From positions 1,451,677-1,515,568 of the forward strand of contig NC_068982.1 in assembly GCF_001194135.2 (NCBI RefSeq): DNA of 63,892 nt, written 5' to 3'. The notes below the pieces were generated by a model. It searched no databases and was not told where the DNA came from. It was given only the letters and a program-made list of their open reading frames with translations. Shown one piece after another: positions 38,285 to 50,262 of this stretch (positions within the stretch are counted from its first letter, which is position 1; every line of letters begins with the position of its first letter). The stretch comes from Octopus bimaculoides (taxonomy: Eukaryota). A program made the translations under genes and the position numbers.

Positions 38285-39379
38285 TCTGGAAAGGTAGACA
38301 TATTGGGTATTTTCACACACATACGAACACACACAAAACACGGGTATCCATATACGCGTGGAGATATAGATATCATTGATCCACATCTTGTGATATGTGA
38401 TATCTGTGCATATTCAAATATGTGTATATCTACTAAATGATTTAATAAATGTTAAATATCTGAAACGTCTCACAATATTTCACGGCATCTATTAATGACA
38501 TCTAATTCTAATTTCTTACTTAGCAGTTCTATTTTAGGTCTTGTATATACTTTCAGCCCATCCACATATAAAGCTATGTGTTATGTTAGTACTTATATCG
38601 CCCTGAGCGCCAATGACATGAATTTCACTTTTACATACAGATACAAGTAATCCTAGATATAAAATTATAGTTTGAATTGAGTATATGCACATTTCTCATG
38701 ATTGGCCATAGATATTGCCTTTCCATTTTTTTATTCACATGTTAACATTTATTTAGTAGTCATCTAATCTCTGCCACATTGTCCATACTCTCCTTTCTGA
38801 GTGCCACCTACTTCTTTCTTTTGTTTTGATATGATAATTTCTCAAGTATTTTTGTCATATTATTGGGGAGTACAATCTAATCATTTTGTATATTTCAACT
38901 TTAAGTGCCTACTTTCTTTTGAATATTTCGTATAATATTTTGGTCATGACATCATATCTCGTATGAAAATAATATATTAATAACATTTTCGAATAGCTGC
39001 TTATGATATTAGTAATATCTTGATGCTGATCCCACAGAGTCCCTATCGGTTGCCTCACCTCCGAAGCTCACCTGCATTTTTATCCCTACCCCGCATTAGG
39101 TATTTCTGTTTATTTCCAGTTTTAGGGTTGCTAAAGCCCATCATACAAAGTGAGAGCTAATATACCGATTGCCGATCATTAGAGACTGTTCTGCTTAACT
39201 ACGTTTCCGTCGCTTTGAAGTAGGCTCACAACATAACCATGCATGAATTTCTCTTGATATGCATATCGCCTTTCATCTAATGAATGGTAGCACAGTGGAA
39301 TTTCCCAAGTTTCGTATCCTTCGTCATAAGTAAGGGAATACTTCTCGAGTATTTCCTTTTAAACTCTCATTTAACTATT

Positions 39380-39720
39380 TACCTCATGAATGCAAACTTC
39401 ATTCGTGAGCGCAATGCGATATTTGGCGCTCAGTTGATATATTCGTAGTGATGTGATTTAACATTCAATTCAATGGCATTTTTTAACCAAGGCAAAACTT
39501 CCGTCTCCTTCCTTTCATTTCGAAAGCGCAAGTGAAGCATACACGCTACCGGATGCGGAAATACAGTTTTATATACAGGTATTGCAACCACAGATTACGC
39601 GCTCTATTTCGAAATATATTTTTCTGTAATATGTTAACAGAATATGTTTTTCATACATTCGTAGTTACATGTATTCTGCAACAGACGTCGGCGGGATAGT
39701 CACGTGGCTGGTAGAGATAC
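39380..39720 (-). promoter_or_regulatory. CpG-containing promoter-like island with possible minus-strand first exon
   Basis: E-box CACGTG (~39704), minus-strand TATAAAA (~39574-39568), ETS-like CGGAAG/CGGAAA, and GAG|GTAAAT donor at ~39382. Motifs only. Confidence 0.25.
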
Positions 39721-40226
39721 TTACAGACTACAACAATGTATATATACCATTTTTAGATAATGTTGGCGCATTTACCCTGGCGGAACTATAACCCATTGCT
39801 CTCTGTCTTCTCTAACCAAGTGAATGAAGGGCAGGCTTCGCAACATTTCTTGGCATACAAGTTCAGGTCATCCACAGAGATGCTATCTATGAGACTGATA
39901 CTTCAAACTCCCTTTGAGCCAATTCGAAACATTTCAGAATTCCTCAAGCGGAAGAAATATATTAAATGAGTGAGGTAGAATTAACATATTCATAATGTAC
40001 TATAAGATAAGAGTAGTATGACAGTACCCTTAATTTCCCGGTAGCAGAGAGAAAAATATCTCTTTCATGCATCCAGCCGACAAAGAACCGGAAGACCATT
40101 CATTCATTCCTCTCTTTCTAGTTCTCTTCATTTCTCTGTATCTACCCGTCTGTATATACATGTATATATAGACATATACATACATATGTACATACATACA
40201 TACATACATGCATACATACACACACA

Positions 40227-40261
<35 letters not shown>

Positions 40262-40271
40262 NNNNNNNNNN

Positions 40272-40315
<44 letters not shown>

Positions 40316-40389
40316 CATACACATATATAAACATATATAATATATATATACCTATATGTACATATATATATACATATATTTACATATGC

Positions 40390-42210
40390 TATCTGAGATT
40401 CTACCACCCAAAGATCAAATCCAATGACATCTCTCCAAGTCATCCATTTGACGCTATAGATCTTCATAACGTAGACTGGGATGCGATCAGTCATGATCTT
40501 TCACAAGTTGACTGGGCTTTCACGCACCGCAGCCACCAACATAAACACATAATGGCAGACATTTGTAGACACTGTAAAAAATATGTGCGCAAAGCATATT
40601 CCATTAAGATCAGTATACAAATCTAAGTGTAGAATCCCTAGAAATAGAAGAGCAATTATCAGAAAAATAAAAAGAATTAGCAAGAAAATCAACTAACTTA
40701 AATACTGCCAGCAACAACGCACCCAATCGACTGCCATTGCATCGCTCGAATCGAAAAAAGACAACCTCCAAAAAAGAGCAGCTGAGGAGAATTGGGCCAT
40801 CGAAAAAATAAAGCTCAATCCGAAAGTGTTCTTTCATTTGCTGTTTCCACTGTTGGCCCTTTGGTTGGTCCATCATCATGTAGAGTGTTGCTGAGAACAA
40901 CACCCTGCATGATGATGCAAAATCCATGTGCGAGATACCGCAGAAACAATACTGTTCTGTCTTCAGTAATGCTAATGCGGTTGATCTGGCTAGTATCAGT
41001 GATATAAACCCTCATCTAACCATATCTGACATAACTTTTGGTGCTCCTGATATCCTAACAGAAATAAATAAGATCAAACACAACTCGGAAGTTGGTCCCG
41101 ATAAGTTCCCGGCCAGTCCTGAAGATGTATCAACATCAAATTGCACCCTCTCTAGCAGAGCTGTGGGGGAACTCACTTGACGCAGGCTACACTCCTGATT
41201 ATTTTCGTTCTCAGTCTGTCGTTCCAGTCTTCAAAAAGGGAAACAAATCTCTTGCAGTGAACTACCGTCCGATTTCACGTACCTCTCATATCATTAAAGT
41301 ATTTGAGAGAGTGGTGAAATCGCGAATAACTCACTTCCTCAAAGACAACAATCTTCTGACCCCCAACCAGCATGGTTTCCGTGATGGCAGGGACTGCCTG
41401 TGGCATCTTCTGCACCATTTTGATGACATCTTAAAAGCGTTAGGAGAAGGCTCAAACGCTGACGTCATATACGTTGATCTCAGCAAGGCATTTGACAGAG
41501 TGGACCACAAAGTCCTGACGAAGGAACTGTCCAACGTTGGAGTTTGTGGAAAGCTGCTGCAGTGGATGAAGTGTTTCCTGACGAACAAAAAACATGTGTT
41601 TGATGGAATACGATCCAGCTCAGCCAAAATCAGTAGTGGTGTCCCACAAGGTACTGTATTGGACCTACTGCTCTTCATTATCTACATCAATGATATAGTA
41701 GACGTCATCAAACATTCTACATTGAAAATCTTTGCAGATGATTCCAAACTCCACAAAGTCATAAACGGTATGGGAGACCGAACATGCCATCAATCGGATC
41801 TGTTTGCTGTTGTCCAATGGGCGAAAAAAAAAACACAATATGCTTCTAAATGAAGACAAGTTTGATTTGATCCACTTTGGAAAAAAGGATACTCTGAAAC
41901 TACCATATGCTCTTCCCTCGGGTGACTCCCTAGTGTCATACAACAACATCAGAGACCTGGGAGTAATTGTTGATAACAATTTAAGCAGGAGTTCCCACGT
42001 AAATAGGAATGTTGATTTGGCCCGCAAGATGTGCTCCTGGATTCTGAGAACTTTCCGATCTAGAAATGCCCACACCATCATCCTTTTCTACTCTAATTTT
42101 GCCCCACCCCACCTTGAATACTGCTGCCCACTGTGGTCCCCCCATACGAAGCAACTCATTATGAAAGTGGAAGAACTGCAAAGGTCAATAATAAGAGAGA
42201 TAGACGGCAT
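40390..42210 (+). mobile_element. CR1-like LINE RT region (same family as 32440-35280, opposite orientation)
   Basis: ORF 41092-41853: NYRPISRTSHIIKVFERVV, NQHGFRDGRDCL, YVDLSKAFDRVDH, SGVPQGTVL..LLFIIYIND, FADDSKL; continues after a frameshift as RDLGVIVD...LEYCCPLWSP; ends in a (TA)/(CA) tract. Confidence 0.95.
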
Positions 42211-42267
42211 GTATATGTATATATATATATGTATATAAAAATATATGTATGTATATACACACACGCG

Positions 42268-42313
<46 letters not shown>

Positions 42314-42395
42314 TATATGTGTATGTATGTATGTATCAGTGTGTGTATATACATACATATATATATGTAATATATACATATAATATATATATATT
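42210..42395. repeat. Compound (TA)n/(CA)n/(TATG)n microsatellite
   Basis: Direct reading. Confidence 0.9.
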
Positions 42396-42868
42396 TTTAA
42401 GAGGTCATGGGCCAACAAGATTTTGGGATCTAACGATACGCCATAAAGGTAAACCCTTTATGGACAGGAAACCTAAGGTAATCCCTTAAACCGACCCCTT
42501 CCCCATTTTTAATATATACTGCTCTACATCTTAGAGTGTGCTTCCTCTTTCGGATCTATGCTTCTTACAAAACGATATATATATATATATATATATATAT
42601 ANNNNNNNNNNNNNNNNNNNNNNNNNNNNNNNNNNNNNNNNNNNNNNNNNNNNNNNNNNNNNNNNNNNNNNNNNNNNNNNNNNNNNNNNNNNNNNNNNNN
42701 NNNNNNNNNNNNNNNNNNNNNNNNNNNNNNNNNNNNNNNNNNNNNNNNNNNNNNNNNNNNNNNNNNNNNNNNNNNNNNNNNNNNNNNNNNNNNNNNNNNN
42801 NNNNNNNNNNNNNNNNNNNNNNNNNNNNNNNNNNNNNNNNNNNNNNNNNNNNNNNNNNNNNNNNNNNN

Positions 42869-42895
42869 CTTTCTTTCTTTCTTTCTTTCTTTCTT

Positions 42896-42950
<55 letters not shown>

Positions 42951-43031
42951 CTCTATCTATCTTTCTCTCTCTATATATACATATATATCTTTGCACCTAT
43001 CTGTCTATCTGTCTGTCTGTCTGCCTATCTC

Positions 43032-43098
<67 letters not shown>

Positions 43099-43165
43099 GT
43101 CTGTGTGTCTGTCTGTCTATCTGTCTGTTTACTTATCTATCTGTCTGTCTGTCTGTCTATCTCTC
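42869..43165. repeat. Compound (TTTC)n/(CTAT)n/(CTGT)n microsatellite
   Basis: Direct reading; source of the LSIY ORFs. Confidence 0.95.
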
Positions 43166-43227
43166 ATGTGTCTGTGTTCATGTAAATATACAAATATATG
43201 TTTTTATCTTTCATCTTTAAAATGTTT

Positions 43228-43430
43228 GTCATCAGACTGAGGCCATGCTGGGGCACCAACTTGAACGATTTATTTCGTCAAAAAAAAAAAAAAATCGTCC
43301 GCTGTTTTCATTTGTTTTCTAAACTTATTCTCTGGTCTCCTTTTGTAGAACTGCTACGTGGACATAAACGAGCAAACCCCGGTTGTCAGGTAATGGTCTG
43401 GGAAAAAATACGAAATTCACACTTGTGTCA
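43228..43430 (-). mobile_element. SINE family A, 3' half
   Basis: cagactgaggccatgctggggcacc (tail, minus) and ctggtctccttttgtagaactgcta (central domain). Confidence 0.75.
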
Positions 43431-44273
43431 CATCCCAAAATAAGAATGTTTTCAGAAAGGAAAGATATGTCAACTTGATTATAGCTGGAAGATAACAGTT
43501 TAATCGAAGTAGCCGCCCTCAAATTCCATCACGGACCCAAGACAGCTCCGGAACCTGATGCTTGCACTCCTCACTGTGTCCCTGGGGCGATCTTTGACCA
43601 CCTCCTTCGTCTTGGCCACTAACTCAGACTTGGTGTTGCCGGTAGAATGGCTGGTGTCATTTTCAACCGCACTTTCACGTAGCAATCCATTGAATTACAA
43701 TCAGTAGAATTAAAAGGCCAACAACTGAGATTGGTGAACTCATAGAAATTCTCCGACAAACACTTCTTATTCTTTCCGGAGATATGCCAAGAAACGGAAT
43801 CATAGTGCCACACATATGGCCTTTCAATAGCAACACCTTCCAGTCCGAGTTTTTTTACACTCCTCAACAGCTTCACATAGCCGTTTGTATTGATGCTAAG
43901 GTTCTGTTTGAAGATATGAGGATGAATTTCATCGAGCAGAGGTGGCTAGAGCGCCTGCTGTGTTACTGTTGGCTACGGCTTCGTAGTTTCCGTCGCAACA
44001 ATCCGTTTTACTCCTTGCAGCTTTTACACAGTTTACAGAACTTTGAGCTGCAGCCATGATGTCGGCATTTCGACACGGGCCGCGAATCATCATGATATAG
44101 ATAGCTCTTTTCCAGTATTCTGTTGGCTTCTTGTCCTTTATATCAGCTAACATGTTCTCAGCTACAACTAGAATTTTATGCTCGGCAACGCCGTTGACCG
44201 TTCACCAATTAATCAAGCTGCACCGGATAGGTGACTTTGAAAAAATCATCAAAATTAATCCGAACACCCAGTA
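43430..44273 (-). mobile_element. Tc1/mariner (DD37D/maT-like) transposon remnant
   Basis: Minus frames: RPYVWHYDS (cf. YVWQQDSAP), WPFNSTDCNSMDCYV (cf. WPPNSPDCNPMDYYVW), FRSCLGSVMEFEGGYF; TA-ctgggtgttcgg TIR-like end at 44273; the other end is missing. Confidence 0.8.
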
Positions 44274-44559
44274 CAAGTGCGTGTGTATGTGTGTGAGTTT
44301 GTGTGTGTGTGAGTGTGTGTGTACGTGCGCGCGCGCGCGAGCGTGCGTGTGCCTGTGTGTGTCTTTGTGTGCATGTGTATTTTGTGTTTTTCAGAGCAAA
44401 GCAAATACTAATTTGATAACTCCTATCAGCGTGTAAATGAAAATTTATAATATTTCCTTTCACTTATGCCGCCATGATTTTGTTATTCTGACATCTTAGG
44501 ATTGGGAAGGATTTTTGAGGAAAAATCTGTTTTGATGTTACATCGGAATATAGTCTCAT

Positions 44560-44960
44560 ATTTCTTTTGAAAAGACGTACTTGCTATCACTTGTGTAATA
44601 TTATCATTATCCTAAGATGTCGCTATCCTGTCTTGATTGGTTATTTATCTTGCTTGAACTGGGTCTAGTTTTCGACAAAACAAATTAATTTGATGCCGGG
44701 ATTGAACGAAAATTTGAGTCTTCTTTCGAAATAGGAACACTTTGTTGCTTCTATATTTTACGTTGCAACTCTTGTATCCTATTTCTCCACATATGTTGCA
44801 GCAGATATGTTCTTTATTTATCTTGAAGTTACATGGGTTGATGATAATGGCGAAGGTTACGTTTAGCAATTACTCAGCCCTGTCTGAGTAGATCCATAAT
44901 CAAATGTATTTCGGTATTGATCAGTTAGTTTTAAGAAGTTCTGGGAAAATTCCTATACGC
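44560..44960 (-). mobile_element. Penelope-like GIY-YIG fragment (decayed)
   Basis: NPCNFKINKEHICCNICGEIGY resembles the C.S.NLIY.I.C..CGE.YIG motif; abuts the mariner. Confidence 0.4.
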
Positions 44961-44968
44961 TCTGCATT

Positions 44969-46074
44969 TATTAGTTTGCAAAGTAAGAACTGTCGCATTT
45001 TTGACATGGCCACATTGCGATGACATTTGCAATACTTGTAAGACAAGCATTCACTTTTAATTTCTAAAGATTTTACTTTCGCGATTGCCGTATATGCAAT
45101 TGGTTAAATTCATATCAATTTCATGCTGTATAAAAGCGAAAAAAGTTCTTCAGCAATAGAAGCAGCCAGAAACATTCGTGCCCTCTATAGAAAGGAAGCT
45201 TCCAGTGTTTGGACATACCAACGATGTTTTAGTAAGTTTCGCCTGGGAAAGTCTTTTCTCGTAAATTCCTTTCGATCTTTACGATTATGTTCTTCCAATA
45301 TTTACCTGTTCCATGCAAATTGTGGACACGAACCTATCGATCATAAAACATCTTCACGAATTAGGAAAAACATCTAAACTTGGTCAGTGTGTCCTCTATC
45401 ATCTGATAGTTTCTCAATTTAATCAGGGTTGCCTTGTGTTTTGCACGGAAGAGTAGACTTGCTGCCGAATCTTTCCTGGGTACAATTAACTCGACTAATG
45501 CGATCTTATAATTATATCCAACGAAAACACCAACGGTTAATATCCAATAAAAATACAGAATCCATTCCTTGTGTATTATGGGTTCTGAAGGGTGTTGTCT
45601 TTCGTGAAATGTTAAACCGAAACAATACAGCTGATGCAAAGAAGTATTGTCATTAACCGGAAGCTCTGTGCAAAGGGAAACAACCCATTATTTGTCAGTG
45701 TTTCTCTTACACTGTTATATAAGACCACACTGTTCGCAAGTCGCAGGAGGAAAAGGTTATGGCACTAAACATGGAAGTTTTGCTTATTCGCTAGAATCCC
45801 TGACCTTGCTGACCATCATCTTTGCAAATCATTGCAACAACATCTAGAGAGAAAACGGCGTATCTATTGCGAAAAAGTGTAAAACGATGTTGAGTGTTTC
45901 TTTGCTTCAGAACCTGCATAATTTTACACTTGAGGGGGGGTCAACGATTTGTCGAATAGATGCTTATTATATTATCAATAATGGGGATACATATAATCTT
46001 GATAAAATACATCAAAGCAGTTTTTATTTCTCTCTCGTCTTGAAATGTGACAGGACTTTCTTTCGCTCTTAATA
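44969..46074 (+). mobile_element. Mariner (DD34D-type) transposon remnant with both TIRs and TA flanks
   Basis: TIRs ta-ttagtttgcaaagtaagaactgtcgcatttttgac and gtcttgaaatgtgacaggactttctttcgctcttaa-ta; MLYKSEKSSSAIEAARNI...TYQRCFSKFR (HTH), CVLWVLKGVVF.EML.RN.T.DA.KYC, LLHCYIRPH (LLHDNARPH). Confidence 0.9.
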
Positions 46075-47313
46075 TTTAAAACAATTGACGTTGATTTCTC
46101 GCTCGTGATATGACCACTTCGAGGTCACTACTTTGGTTCCTTCAGTATGATTATGCCTACAGCTGTTGTTCCTAATGTACAAATATATACAATTAAACAA
46201 TACATAATGCATTGATACAGAAACCTGGTAGGCAAACAGTTACTTTCACAACATAAATAACCAATTCTATCTAATGATTAAGCATAGTTGACATAACAAA
46301 TGATGGATCTTTGATAATTGGTCTATATATAAATCTATAACCAATAATATATTTTACCTAAAGGCAGATTTTGTAGGTTTTTTCTCGTTTAAAGAATTGC
46401 TACGAAGTGAATATTTTCAATCTTTGCATCCTTTTGTACCCTTTCCCTGGGTTAAGTAACTACAGTCATCCTGTAGGATTGCCATCAAATGGTTTATTTT
46501 TAATGGATTGGATTGCCAAAGTCTTTGTATTTGTAAACATGAAAGTCATTAGACATCTACAAGTCTCGTATGCAATGCTTCCACTTATAGATCGCATATC
46601 AGCCAATCTATGCACTGGGATACTGTTTTAATATAATGTGTGTATGAAACTTTGATGAGTGAAATAAAAATAGTAAAATATAGAAATGTTTAGAAAAGGA
46701 ACATATTCTGTATTTATTCACAAATGATCTTCGATAGTAAGTGTATGACATTCTTGCGATTAACGGTTACTTAAAGGAGAACCTCAAACGGCGGCGTCGA
46801 CATTTTTCTAAAGCAGAACGACATGTTCAAAAGATGTAAAATTTATAAGAAAAGCGGTAAATAGATAACAAATTGTACGTAGTGCTTCTACATATCGCAG
46901 TCATGGCTAGTGTATAATATACGTCGACTGTGTAGAATGCTGGTCTTGTGATATGCTGCACTGAAACGTTTATTGCAGATAATGAGAAATTCAAAACCAA
47001 CTGATGAAACACACCCAAAACATTATGCTACCATATCGTAAATATAATTTTATGATTATAAGCAATCATCCATATATTATATTAGATCTCTTGATTTATG
47101 AGAAGAAGAATCTTAATTCATCCAAGAAGATAAGCTTGAAAGTAATATTTCTATTTTGTGTCGAGCTTTGTTTGACATTGTGTTTTCGTTAACTTGTGAT
47201 TTTCTTCACAACCATTGATAGCTGCAAAGCCTTATTTTTAGGCGCAACCTTAATAAATATTCCAGATACTTACACACGATACGTAATCGGGCTTATAACT
47301 ATTTATAATGAAA

Positions 47314-47884
47314 TTATATAACTATTTATATTATATAACTATTTATATTATATAACTATTTATATTATATAACTATTTATATTATATAACTATTTATATT
47401 ATATAACTGTTTATATTATATAACTGTTTATATTATATAACTATTTATATTATATAACTATTTATATTATATAACTATTCATACTATATAACTATTTATA
47501 TTATATAACTATTTGTATTATATAACTATTTGTATTATATAACTATTTGTATTATATTACTATTTATATTATATAACTATTTATATTATATAACTATTTA
47601 TATTATATAACTATTTATATTATATAACTATTTATATTATATAACTATTTATATTATATAACTATTTATATTATATAACTATTTATATTATATAACTATT
47701 TATATTATATAACTATTTATATTATATGACTATTTATATTATATAACTATTTATATTATATGACTATTTATATTATATGACTATTTATATTATATAACTA
47801 TTTATATTATATGACTATTTATATTATATAACTATTTATATTATATAACTATTTATATTATATAACTATTTATATTATATAACT
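47314..47884. repeat. 17 bp AT-rich minisatellite (TATTATATAACTATTTA), about 33 copies
   Basis: Direct reading; variants ...CTGTTTA, ...CTATTTG and TATTATATGACT occur in local clusters. Confidence 0.96.
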
Positions 47885-48145
47885 CGATTCAGTCATACTG
47901 GGAAACAATATGGAACAAACCAATGCGTTACACATTCAATACCCAATATAAGCAGTAACACAACAAAAGAATCCACCACATCTCAAGGAAAACAAGTTAA
48001 CGCATACAGTAACGGGAAGAGTTCGCACACTCCCAACTGCAGAAAAGACCACACAATGCGGCACACACACACCAGCAACCCGGAGGTGTAGCAGGTGACG
48101 CAGTAGAAATTTGCCTCAATCGACCAAATATTGAATAGTTATAAA

Positions 48146-48178
48146 ATAATAATATTAATAATAATAATAATAATAATC

Positions 48179-48227
<49 letters not shown>

Positions 48228-48296
48228 TAATAATAATAATAATAATAATAAGAAGAAGAAAACTCCAGGAGTTCCAGTAATACCTGAGTTAAAAGC

Positions 48297-48329
<33 letters not shown>

Positions 48330-48470
48330 AACAATAATAATAATAATAATAATAATAAGAAGAAGAAGAATAAGAAGAAGAAGAAGAAGAAGAAGATGAA
48401 GAAAACTCCAGGAGTTCCAATAACACATGAGTTAAAAAGAATAACAATAATAATAATAATAATATCCAAT
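48146..48470. repeat. Compound (AAT)/(AAG)/(AAC) microsatellite containing two copies of a ~40 bp unique module
   Basis: gaagaaaactccaggagttcca(g/a)taa(t/c)ac(c/a)tgagttaaaa at ~48256-48295 and ~48399-48437. Confidence 0.9.
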
Positions 48471-49001
48471 AAGGGGATTTTTTACGTTCCTTCGTCTGTC
48501 TGTATATTTGCTTCCCTGTTTCAGACGATGTCCTTCTTTCGTGGAGGCTAGATATATTCTGCTTATATCTTTCTCAATTTTTTACCATATCATTGTTGTT
48601 GATGTCGTTGTCGGTGTTCTTTGCTGGTTTTGTTAAATATTGGCATTATCAATTCTTATCATTATGTCCGTCATTGGAGAAGAATTCTAACGAACCTTTT
48701 CCCTATTATTTATTGCAGTACTGCGTACAAGTAATCGAAGTTTATGTGAGGAAACTTCTATACATACACTGGATCACTCTTCCGTCGCAACTCACTGAAT
48801 ACGAAGAGAATATGGACGTTCATTGTGATAATATTAAAGAAACTTCCGATTTAGTGTCTACCTCCTCATCTTATTATACATAAACCTTTTTCCCTGTACA
48901 TTTATAGCAGAATATTTCTAAGTGCTGGACCATTTCACCTCGACTTCAATAAAACGATTGCCAATATATATATATATAATGTATATTATACATATCCACA
49001 C

Positions 49002-49032
<31 letters not shown>

Positions 49033-49133
49033 CATTTCTACATGCACGTATACACACTCTTATAAACGTATATTATATATTTAGATGTATATACACGCAT
49101 ATAAATATGATAGAAGAGGAAAAACAGAACGTG

Positions 49134-49158
49134 TGAGAGAGAGAGGGGGGAGGGGAGA

Positions 49159-49225
<67 letters not shown>
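49134..49225. repeat. (GA)n microsatellite
   Basis: Direct reading. Confidence 0.95.
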
Positions 49226-49227
<2 letters not shown>

Positions 49228-50085
49228 AAAACTAAGATCTAAATAGACAGAGTATCATCAGTGTATTTCATTTTCAAATAGAAGGAAATGCATTAAGATA
49301 CATACAAAAGAAAAAAGAAAATTCTCTCACGAAATTTCCATTTAGGGACGTAACAAAGCTTGTAAACAGCATTTATGTCTGTACGTTTTCTGCTGCTTTA
49401 AGGTTTTTTTTTTTTTACCTTACTTCTTCGTCTGTCTGTGTGTTTGCTTTCCTGTAGCTCGATTTCTCATATATACATACTTATATAATATATACATGCA
49501 TATATTTACACGCACACACACACAGATATATATATAAATATGTCTGTATATATAAATATATATATGTGCATATATATATATATACATACATATATATATA
49601 TATATACATACATATATCTGTATGAATGTACACACATACACACTCATACACATTAAAATAATGTGTTTGTTAACTACGTTTACAACCGTGTAGAGAAAGT
49701 ATATTCTCATTTTTCTTTTATTGGAATATATCAGTCTTATTTATTTGGGATTCGAAGCTAAATATATATACATAGCTACATTAGTGCTTTCTCGAAGAGG
49801 TCGGCATTGGCGTTGGTTGAAGAACCGTTTTGATTGGATACTATCACACTATTCACATGTACGTATGTATGTACATATGTGCATGCGTGTGTGAGCGTGT
49901 TATATAAAGTTCATACTAATATCATTCCTGTGTAAGATAACATAAAAGAGTAGAATGCGTATACAGTACCACTGGTGATGTCCTATTTCTCAATCTGGTT
50001 CTCTCTCTCTGTCCCTCTGTCTCCCTTTGCTTCTCCATCGACAACTACTGGAAAGCGAAACTATCCGTTTGCATGTTTCCTACAG

Positions 50086-50148
50086 GTGTAGAAACGTTGT
50101 TTCACCTGTTTAATCTACGATCGATAGATTAAATGCAAAAAACTAGAG
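50086..50148 (+). other. Candidate 63 nt spliced exon (possibly carrying a start codon)
   Basis: Acceptor gtttgcatgtttcctacAG| and donor GAG|GTAATG; ATG at 50133 gives MQKTR+G. No homology recognised. Confidence 0.3.
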
Positions 50149-50262
50149 GTAATGTTATTTATGGTCTTTGTGATTAGGGAAGATGTCTTTGGTAATAAAT
50201 GCATGCACGTTCAAACTGGCAGTCCGTCGATTAAAGCGGCCGAGGGTTCTAGTTGATCCGCT

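Noticed and set aside
39800-39900. Minus-strand ISVDDLNLYAKK as another R4 RT fragment
   Set aside because: A single short motif without flanking RT motifs.
44488-44625. 13 bp inverted repeat gacatcttaggat / atcctaagatgtc as a MITE
   Set aside because: The match does not extend and no target-site duplication is seen.
47314-47884. CRISPR-like array
   Set aside because: Contiguous 17 bp units with no unique spacers, in eukaryotic DNA: a minisatellite.
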